Source: an uncultured bacterium
Lineage (GTDB): Bacteria > Hydrogenedentota > Hydrogenedentia > Hydrogenedentales > JAEUWI01
Length of the DNA: 12,571 nucleotides
Direction: 5' to 3'
NCBI GenBank assembly: GCA_963977445.1
Contig: CAXBPH010000206.1
Span: forward strand, 1 to 12,571
Below, piece after piece: positions 1 to 7,229 of this stretch (positions are counted from its first letter, which is position 1; the number at the start of each line of letters is the position of its first letter). The position numbers and the translations under genes are program-made. The notes under the pieces are model-generated. The model saw nothing but the letters and a program-made list of their open reading frames with translations, was not told the DNA's origin and ran no database searches.

Positions 1-3000
1 CCGATTTCCTCATTCAACAGGCCACTCACCGTCAGGGCCTGGTCACGTAACATTTCCGCAGGCAACCGAAGACGGGGCGCACGACCCAGCAGGATATTCT
101 CCGGGTCTTTCTCACGGTGGGCCGCTGTCAACACGGAACTTTGTCGATAGGTAGCACTCATCACAATGCGCTTCTGCATGGCCTTCACATCCCAGCCCGA
201 TTCCACAAAGGTCGTTGCCAGCCAGTCGAGCAACTCGGGATGACTGGGCGGTGTACCCTGGGTACCAAAGTCTTCACTGGTCTTCACGATGCCCCGACCG
301 AAAAACTGCTGCCAGTAAAGATTGACCCGCACCCGGGACGTGAGTGGATGTTCGGGACGGAGCAGCCACTGGGCCAGACCGAGGCGATTCCGGGGCAACG
401 ACTCATCCATGCCGCCCAATTGCGCGGGCACGTCGGCGGTCAACGGTTGCGTCTCGTCGGGTGCGTCATAGGCACCCCGCTGAAGCAGGTAAGTCGGCCG
501 GGGCGTCTCCATATCCTCCATGACCATGGTCGTGACGATTTCCCGGTCCAGCGCTTCCTGCTCATTCGTCAGCGCCTCCAGGGCGTCACGCTTCGCCACC
601 CATTCGCTGTCGCGTGCCCGAAAACTGTCGCGGAACTTCTTTCGCTGCTCGGGCGTTTGCGCATCACGAGGCGTCGTAAATTCTTCCATCAGTGCCAGGA
701 GGCTCTGGCCCCCGTCATCCACGACCCGAAAATAGAAGCCCGCTTCACCGCCATAATTTACAATCTTGACCAGCAAATCATGTTCGCCCGCCTCCAGAAA
801 TACGGAAACCTGATCCTGGTCCGCGCCCACAGTGCGCCCCACATTGTTCTCGTGGCGCAACTCACCGTCTACCCAGACTTTGATGGCGTCATTGCTTCCC
901 AGAGAAAGTTTGAGCGAGGAAGGCGCCGAAGTCGTCACCTTTCGGTAGAGATAATGGGCCAGCTGCTCCTTGCCCGCGAGGGGGATAATCGTGCCGTCTT
1001 CCCACTCACTGCGGGCCTCCCAGTGCAGGGACCCATCGGCGAAGGTGGCCGCCAGATCCTGGCCCGACTCCGGCGGCAGCGCCATGTCCAGGAGCGCCCC
1101 GTTATCCTTATTTTCCAGGAAGAAGGGACCTACATGATGCCATATCCCCAATTCCGGGCGAGCCCAATGGGCAATTTCCCGGGAGGGCGACTGGGCCAGC
1201 GCGAAGCGACCCAAGGTGTGCTGTCCATAGGGCGATTCCTGACGAATGCGCACAATGACCTGGTCGCCCGCCTCAATAGCCGCCGCCTCGTCCAACACAA
1301 ATATGGCGGTGCGATTCTCTCGTTTCACCTGGGAGCCCGTGGCCCAACCGGTTTCCGAATTGCCGTCGATGGCATTCACCACCCGGTAGTCATCGTCCTC
1401 CTGGGCATAATCGGCCAGGGCCGTGGCAATCTTCAGGGGCTCCACATAGTCCGGGGTCCCTGCCGGGCTCCGTTCCACCTCAAATTCCGAAATCACCACG
1501 TTGCCGTTGGGACCACGACCGGGACCCCCTTCCGGCAGGGCACTATCCGTAAAGAGATCGAGTTTAAACGCGCCAATGGCTTCGGCTGCTGTAAAGCGGA
1601 GCTCGTAAACTTCATGATCGGGATTTTCACCCTCCGCCACATAGACCCCATCATCACCCTGGCGCAAGGTCGCACCATGGCGGGTGCCCAACTCTGTAGT
1701 GCCCACGGGGGACCAGGCCTGCACCGCGAAGGTATCCGAGAGGGTTGATTCCCAGGCCGTCTGCAGGGCATCAAGTCGCTCATCGGGTCCGTCGAGAACA
1801 CCTTCCTTCTCGGCAATCTCCCCGGCGAGGGCAAGCTTCCGGGCCGTCTGCGCCTCGGTGGGCACGGCGATAAAAGGCACATCGTTGCCCCGTTCTTCGC
1901 CCTTACCGTTTTCCGGAACCTGATTGAAGAAGGCGTAGAGCTGATAAAATTCTTTTTGCGTGAGGGGGTCAAATTTATGATCGTGACACCGCGCGCACCC
2001 CATGGTCAGCCCCATCCAGGTGGTGCTCGTCGTATCCACCCGGTCGACCACATACTCCACCGCATACTCTTCGGGGATGATACCGCCCTCCCCATTGATG
2101 CGGTGGTTGCGGTTAAATCCCGTGGCGATTTTTTGTGCCCGCGTCGCGTCGGGCATCAAGTCGCCCGCAAGTTGCTCGATGGTAAATTCATCGAAGGGCA
2201 TATTCTGATTGAACGCGTTTATGACCCAGTCACGCCAGGGCCACATGGTCCGCTTGGTATCGCGTTGGTACCCGTTGGTGTCGGAATAGCGGGCCGCATC
2301 CAGCCACAGAAAGGCCATTCGCTCGCCGTAGTGAGAAGACGACAGCAGACGGTCCACCATATTTTCATAGGCCCCGTCGCTGGTATCCGAGAGGAAGGCA
2401 TCCACCTCATCGGGCGTTGGGGGGAGTCCCGTCAAATCCAGGGATACCCGGCGGATCAACACCTCCCGGGGGGCCTCTGGGGCGGGTTCAAGACCGGCCG
2501 ATTCCAGGCGTGCGAGGATGAATTGGTCAATGGGACTCCGGCACCACGGAGCGTTTTGCACTTCAGGAGGTGCCGTCTTTTCCGGGGGGACAAATGCCCA
2601 GTGGCCCTGCCAGGGCGCACCCTCGGTAATCCAGGCCTCGATGACCGCGATTTCGCTGTCCTTGAGGCTCAGGTGAGAGTCCGACGGTGGCATCCGTTTG
2701 TCTGGGTCGGTTTCGGTAATCCGCTGGTACAAAACGCTGGCCAGGGCGTCACCGGGCGTGACCACGGAACCGGCCCTCGTCGTGCTTTCCAGCAATCCCA
2801 CGCGCGTATCAAAGCGCAGTCCCTTCTTCCGGGTCTTCTCATCGGGGCCGTGACAGGAGAAGCACTTCTCAGAGATGATCGGTAAAACATCGCGATCATA
2901 GGATACGGTGCCGGCCATCGCCGTACTGGGTGCCAGAATTCCCATAATCAAACATGCAGACATCCCCGGAATAAGGAGATACTCAGTCCTATTCAAATAC

Positions 3001-3005
3001 TTCAC
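1..3005 (-). CDS. Exported planctomycete-type cytochrome c (PSCyt1) + DUF1549 (PSCyt2) + inserted beta-sandwich domains + DUF1553 (PSD1) protein; 3' end lies beyond the left window edge
   Basis: Manual translation of the - strand from GTG 3003-3005, preceded by AGGAG/CAGG. It reads MKYLNRTEYLLIPGMSACLIMGILAPSTAMA (signal-peptide-like), then GTVSYDRDVLPIISEKCFSCHGPD (CxxCH 2850-2864) and WMGLTMGCARCHDHKFDPLTQKEFYQLYAFFN (CxxCH 1983-1997). Later come NRLGLAQWL, HPLTSRVRVNLYWQQFFGRGIV, PSHPELLDWLA and RLPAEMLRDQALTVSGLL at the left edge. All of these motifs are in one frame. The two long + ORFs in the track (117-1748, 1956-2885) are its in-register antisense shadows. Confidence 0.93.
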   Translation of the reverse strand, partial: MKYLNRTEYLLIPGMSACLIMGILAPSTAMAGTVSYDRDVLPIISEKCFSCHGPDEKTRKKGLRFDTRVGLLESTTRAGSVVTPGDALASVLYQRITETDPDKRMPPSDSHLSLKDSEIAVIEAWITEGAPWQGHWAFVPPEKTAPPEVQNAPWCRSPIDQFILARLESAGLEPAPEAPREVLIRRVSLDLTGLPPTPDEVDAFLSDTSDGAYENMVDRLLSSSHYGERMAFLWLDAARYSDTNGYQRDTKRTMWPWRDWVINAFNQNMPFDEFTIEQLAGDLMPDATRAQKIATGFNRNHRINGEGGIIPEEYAVEYVVDRVDTTSTTWMGLTMGCARCHDHKFDPLTQKEFYQLYAFFNQVPENGKGEERGNDVPFIAVPTEAQTARKLALAGEIAEKEGVLDGPDERLDALQTAWESTLSDTFAVQAWSPVGTTELGTRHGATLRQGDDGVYVAEGENPDHEVYELRFTAAEAIGAFKLDLFTDSALPEGGPGRGPNGNVVISEFEVERSPAGTPDYVEPLKIATALADYAQEDDDYRVVNAIDGNSETGWATGSQVKRENRTAIFVLDEAAAIEAGDQVIVRIRQESPYGQHTLGRFALAQSPSREIAHWARPELGIWHHVGPFFLENKDNGALLDMALPPESGQDLAATFADGSLHWEARSEWEDGTIIPLAGKEQLAHYLYRKVTTSAPSSLKLSLGSNDAIKVWVDGELRHENNVGRTVGADQDQVSVFLEAGEHDLLVKIVNYGGEAGFYFRVVDDGGQSLLALMEEFTTPRDAQTPEQRKKFRDSFRARDSEWVAKRDALEALTNEQEALDREIVTTMVMEDMETPRPTYLLQRGAYDAPDETQPLTADVPAQLGGMDESLPRNRLGLAQWLLRPEHPLTSRVRVNLYWQQFFGRGIVKTSEDFGTQGTPPSHPELLDWLATTFVESGWDVKAMQKRIVMSATYRQSSVLTAAHREKDPENILLGRAPRLRLPAEMLRDQALTVSGLLNEEI

Positions 3006-3049
3006 GTCAACCTGCTCCTGATCGCTACGTCACAACTCGCGTAAAGATC

Positions 3050-3078
3050 AGTTTACACCTTTCTCCATAGTGCAGCAA
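3050..3078 (-). promoter_or_regulatory. Candidate sigma70-type promoter for the DUF1553 gene
   Basis: The - strand reads TTGCTG (3078-3073) - 17 nt - TAAACT (3055-3050), about 45 nt upstream of the GTG start. Motif match only. Confidence 0.4.
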
Positions 3079-3520
3079 GGCGACAAGAGGCCCGATCTAT
3101 GGGGCTGCCGCCCGCTCCGTTTACTTTTACCGACGGCGTCAACCCGGACTACTCCCGAGTTTCATCGCCGGCCTCTTTGGCGTTGCGCCCCAGAACGGGG
3201 ACCGTTTCCGATTGCAGCACGTCGTGATGTATTGGAATCGGGTTGTTAATCAATCGGTAACTGTACCCAGAGACCGTGACGTTTTGCGGGTCGCACGGAA
3301 TATTCCGAAGTCACCATGTGTTTCGGGCGACATTCCAAAACTCGTGGGTGTACCCTTCACCCACAAACTTCCCCCGCGTTGCTCCTCCGCTTGAGGGTGG
3401 CACCCCGACGGCCTTCTTGTTAATTCAAGTGGATATGAAGTTGACTTTTAATGCGATTTCCCTGAGGCCCCGCACAGTAAATCTATGCTCAGGAAGTCCA
3501 AGGAAGGCCCCCCAATCACA

Positions 3521-5095
3521 CTACGCCTTCACGACCCGGTTCCGCCCGTCTTCTTTGGCCCGATACAGCGCGCCGTCGGCCGCACTGATAATTTCCATCA
3601 CCGATATCGGATCCTCTCCGCCTACCGTTTTCACGCCAATGCTCACGGTCATACGCAAATTCAGGTCCTCAAAAATCATTTCGTGGGCTTCGATTTTCTC
3701 ACGTATCGTCTCGGCAAGGGCCAGGGCCGCATCCCCATCGGTCTGTGGCAGAAAGAGTGCAAATTCTTCGCCGCCATAGCGCGAAGCGAGGTCAGTCCGA
3801 CGAACGGCGTTCTTCAGTAGGACGCCCATATCGCGCAGTGCATGATCCCCTGCGGCATGACCGTGGGTGTCATTCAGTTTTTTAAAGAAATCAATATCCA
3901 GAAGGCAAAAAGACGCTACGCCCTTGTAGCGCGCCATTCGGTCTAGTTCGCGGGTCATGGATTCCTGCAGGAAACGCCGGTTATAGAGTTTGGTGAGCTC
4001 GTCCGTAAACGCCATCTCGTGCATTCGTTCCTGGGATTTACGCAGATCTACCGTCAAGGCCGCCCGTTCCAGGCTCCGTTTCAGGGCGGCACCCAACTTT
4101 TCCGATGAAAGCGACGCCTTGGAAATATAGTCGGAGGCCCCTTCCCGCAACACGTCGGCGACGAGGTCTTCACTGCACGACCCGGAAATTACAATGACCG
4201 GCACATCGGGATAGTGCTGAACTACGGCATCCATCAAATCTCTGGCCGTACCATCACCCAGGCGAAAGTCACTGAGGATTACATCGATTGGATGGGCAGC
4301 CAATACCGCAATAGCTTCTGCCACCGAGCTCGCGGTCTTCACATCATCAATTACAATTTCGTCGGAAATGTTTTCCAGGGATTTGCGGACAATCATTAAA
4401 CTGGTTCTATCATCGTCCAGACACAAGACCCGATAGGATTGCAGCGTAACACCAACGCCGGCGAGCGGCGCCTCATCTTCCAGTCGCATTTTCTGAATAC
4501 GACGCATAATCGCCGTAATATCTGCAACCGCCCGGCAACCGCCATCCACGAGCTTCGCTTCTGATGGGCCCAGCCCGTCGCTTGTGGACAGCTTATCCAA
4601 TGCGAGGCTCAAATAGGAAATGGGTTCGTTGAGGTCTACCAACGAAGAACCCGCCAATTGAATCAGGACTTTCAGGCGCTCATCTTCCAACAACTGGCGA
4701 CCTTGCTCAGCAATAGTGAGTTCCAGCTTGCGCTTTTCCATCGCACCAACGACCGCGCGCTTGATCGAGTCCCGATCTATCTGGTCTTTCACCAGGTAGT
4801 CCGCCGCCCCCCGTTTCATGGCTTCGACGGCCCCTACTTCATTTCCATGGCCCGTCATTACAATAACCGGGGCAAACTGGGAAATCTGTCCGATTAATTC
4901 CATCCCACTCAAATCAGGCAAACCCAAATCCAGCAAAATACAGGAAAACAGTTCTTCCCGGGCTTGATTCAGGCCATCACTCCCGGTCTCCGCTTGGGAT
5001 AAATTATATTCGCGGGCTAAATAGCGTTTCGCCGTTTCACGATCCACCATGTCATCGTCGACGATTAGAATCTTAGGACGTTCATTGGATTCCAT
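3521..5095 (-). CDS. Response-regulator diguanylate cyclase: REC - degenerate DHp-like helical insert - REC - GGDEF (GGEEF variant), 524 aa
   Basis: REC1 (ILIVDDD...ILLDLGLPD...VMTG...DYLVK) and REC2 (VLCLDDD...ILSDFRLGD...VISG...DYISK) both keep the acidic pocket, phospho-Asp, Thr/Ser and Lys. The GGDEF domain has DELTKLYNRR, LLDIDFFKKLNDTHGHAAGD, RRTDLASRYGGEEF (RxxD I-site plus A-site) and ADGALYRAKEDGRN. AAGGAA lies upstream of the ATG. Confidence 0.95.
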   Translation of the reverse strand: MESNERPKILIVDDDMVDRETAKRYLAREYNLSQAETGSDGLNQAREELFSCILLDLGLPDLSGMELIGQISQFAPVIVMTGHGNEVGAVEAMKRGAADYLVKDQIDRDSIKRAVVGAMEKRKLELTIAEQGRQLLEDERLKVLIQLAGSSLVDLNEPISYLSLALDKLSTSDGLGPSEAKLVDGGCRAVADITAIMRRIQKMRLEDEAPLAGVGVTLQSYRVLCLDDDRTSLMIVRKSLENISDEIVIDDVKTASSVAEAIAVLAAHPIDVILSDFRLGDGTARDLMDAVVQHYPDVPVIVISGSCSEDLVADVLREGASDYISKASLSSEKLGAALKRSLERAALTVDLRKSQERMHEMAFTDELTKLYNRRFLQESMTRELDRMARYKGVASFCLLDIDFFKKLNDTHGHAAGDHALRDMGVLLKNAVRRTDLASRYGGEEFALFLPQTDGDAALALAETIREKIEAHEMIFEDLNLRMTVSIGVKTVGGEDPISVMEIISAADGALYRAKEDGRNRVVKA

Positions 5096-5134
5096 GCTGC
5101 TTCCTTGCCACCTTTCTTGAAACGATCATTCCTA

Positions 5135-5551
5135 CTAAACTGGAAATTCAACAACACGCCAGAAACTGTCTATCATTGCCAACAGATCGGTAAAGTTACT
5201 GCCGACCCGATCTTTGAGCACGTATCCCGCGACACAACTATCATACGCGGCCAACCGATCCTCGTCCAGGTTGGACGTGGTAAGGACGAAAACGATTTCC
5301 TGTCGCAACTCCGGGTCATCACGGAGCACTTCCAAAAACTCCAGGCCATTCATTCGCGGCATATTCAAGTCGAGGAGGATCAACCTCGGCTTTCTCACCC
5401 CGTCCGGCTTCCGCAACACCTCCAGGCCCTCAATCCCGTTGCGGGCATGCACCACCGGATTGGCTATCTTGTGTTTACGCAGTGCGCGCTCAATCGCTTC
5501 TGCATCAATGTTATCATCGTCGATGAGCAATATAGTGACTTCACGACTCAT
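5135..5551 (-). CDS. Single-domain response regulator, Rcp1-like, 138 aa
   Basis: MSREVTILLIDDD...PRLILLDLNMPRMNGLEFL...VFVLTTSNLDEDRLAAY...YVLK...FWRVVEFP matches the Rcp1-type receiver pattern. The start was moved from 5611 to ATG 5549-5551, which overlaps the kinase 3' end by 11 nt. Confidence 0.93.
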   Translation of the reverse strand: MSREVTILLIDDDNIDAEAIERALRKHKIANPVVHARNGIEGLEVLRKPDGVRKPRLILLDLNMPRMNGLEFLEVLRDDPELRQEIVFVLTTSNLDEDRLAAYDSCVAGYVLKDRVGSNFTDLLAMIDSFWRVVEFPV

Positions 5552-7229
5552 TTTCCGCCCTTTCCCGTCTTGACACCCGAGGCCACCAAAACGTGAAACG
5601 TGCTCCGCCACTTTCGCTGTCCTCGACCATTATCTTACCACCTTCGGCATCAATTACCTTGCGCACGATGGCCAGCCCCATGCCCGTGCCCTCTATTTCG
5701 TCTCGCGGATTCAATGTTTGAAACATCTCGAAAACCCGCTCCCGACAATCCGCCGGGATGCCTGGGCCGTCATCGGACACGCTAAAGGCGATATACGACT
5801 TCTCTTCTTCCGAAGAAATCTCGATCTTACCCTCATCCCGGCCCATATGCTTTACGGCATTAGATACCAGGTTGCGCATCACCAGCTCAAAAGGGACTGG
5901 AAAACTCTCGATCATCGGCAAGCTATCGGAGACGACAACGTCAATGTTGACCGGTGGACCGATCAATTCCACCACGTTGTGGGTAATTTCCCGGGTTTCG
6001 AAAGAGCCATAGGTACCACGTTTGCGACCCGCCCGCGAGTAGGCAAGCAGATCGTCCAACAGCGCCCGCATACGGATGATGCGCTGCTGCAAGGTTTCCA
6101 GATGGCGCTTGGATTCGTCGGGAAGCACATCGTTCGCGTCTTCGTGAATCCAAAGTGCCAGATTTTCAATCGCACGGAGGGGCGCTTTCAAATCGTGAGA
6201 GGCCACGTAGGCAAACTGATCCAGTTCGGCATTAACTTCGCGCAATTCTGTACTTGTGTTGTCGGCCCGCTCCCGCTCGTCGTTGGCATCTTCGGCAATA
6301 TTGAGTGTCGCCAGTTGCATCCGCTCCATTTCCGTGGAGCGCCCTTCATACTCTTCGGCCAGCTTTCGATACATGGCCTCGTTACGCTGGGATTCGGCAA
6401 TGATCTCCTGTAATTGCTCCGACCTTTCCGCCACCGCAGACTGCATTGATTCGTGAGAACCCGCAAGATCGACCTGCATCTGATAGAGACGCTGCATCAC
6501 CAGGCCAAATACGCAGCCGTACGCCAGGAATCGCATCCCATGCCAGAGCCACCAGGCCCCGTCCCAGAGTTGGGATTGTTCAAAAATAATGCCCGATACC
6601 CCAAACAACAGACAGTGGCTGGCAAACAGTCGTCGGTTACCATTATCCAAGGACACGTTCCATGCAAACGCGATGGCCGCCACCAGGAAGGACACTCCCC
6701 CGGTCACATTCAGCAATTGGGCCGTTCCCGAAAACTGACCACCCCGCTGCATGGCAGGAAGACTGTCCGGAAAAACCATCGAGCATATACCCAGCAATAA
6801 ACAACCGAGGGTAGTTACCAGGGGAACCTTCGCGCTTGAAGCCAGGGGAAGGTGCGCCGGGATCAGGATGCCGAGAAACAGCAAGCCCCCGACAAATTCT
6901 GCTGTCGAATGGAGCCAGACAAAAAGGGGACCGGCGTGGAGCGCGGCGTGAAAACCATCAAGGATACCCATGCCCGCCAGCGCCGCAACGACCCACGTAT
7001 AGGACGGAGGCACGGCCTTGAAGCGATGGAGTATCAGGATAAGACAGGCGGCGGTTATCGCTGCAAAGGAACCAAGGCCCTCCACCAGCGCATGAACAGG
7101 ATGGTGCTCCCAACGCCAATCGGCCGCAATACGGGCCAGCCACCAGGCAGAACACACCAAAAGCAATCCGAAAATAATAAGACGGAAGATTTCAAACGTG
7201 CGCTTTTGATAGGGCGATCCAAGTACCAC
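5541..7229 (-). CDS. Membrane sensor histidine kinase: MASE3-like multi-TM input, coiled coil, HisKA, HATPase_c; 562 aa
   Basis: About 8 hydrophobic segments, with HALVEGLGSF / GMGILDGFHA / FVWLHS motifs (MASE3-like by recollection of the family pattern). H-box FAYVASHDLKAPLR (His at 6195-6197), N-box NLVSNAVKH, G1 VSDDGPGI, F-box VFEMFQTL, G2 GTGMGLAIV. The GTG start overlaps the upstream TAG (TAGTG). Confidence 0.95.
   Translation of the reverse strand: MVLGSPYQKRTFEIFRLIIFGLLLVCSAWWLARIAADWRWEHHPVHALVEGLGSFAAITAACLILILHRFKAVPPSYTWVVAALAGMGILDGFHAALHAGPLFVWLHSTAEFVGGLLFLGILIPAHLPLASSAKVPLVTTLGCLLLGICSMVFPDSLPAMQRGGQFSGTAQLLNVTGGVSFLVAAIAFAWNVSLDNGNRRLFASHCLLFGVSGIIFEQSQLWDGAWWLWHGMRFLAYGCVFGLVMQRLYQMQVDLAGSHESMQSAVAERSEQLQEIIAESQRNEAMYRKLAEEYEGRSTEMERMQLATLNIAEDANDERERADNTSTELREVNAELDQFAYVASHDLKAPLRAIENLALWIHEDANDVLPDESKRHLETLQQRIIRMRALLDDLLAYSRAGRKRGTYGSFETREITHNVVELIGPPVNIDVVVSDSLPMIESFPVPFELVMRNLVSNAVKHMGRDEGKIEISSEEEKSYIAFSVSDDGPGIPADCRERVFEMFQTLNPRDEIEGTGMGLAIVRKVIDAEGGKIMVEDSESGGARFTFWWPRVSRRERAENES

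Noticed and set aside
117..2885. Long + strand ORFs 117-1748 (543 aa) and 1956-2885 (309 aa)
   Set aside because: They are in-register antisense shadows of the DUF1549/DUF1553 gene and contain no recognisable motifs.
3149..3427. Small or TGA-interrupted ORF (pseudogene or recoding) in the intergenic region, plus + ORF 3212-3394
   Set aside because: The segments are short, resemble no known protein, and have no convincing RBS/start.
3006..3520. c-di-GMP riboswitch, SRP RNA or tRNA in the intergenic region
   Set aside because: I found no GEMM-like GGCAAA/GACGCAAAG core, no SRP CAGG-GNRA-AGCAG motif and no cloverleaf or T-loop by eye.
5541..7229. Bacteriophytochrome call for the kinase
   Set aside because: There is no PAS-GAF-PHY module or bilin-binding motif; only the transmitter is of that class.
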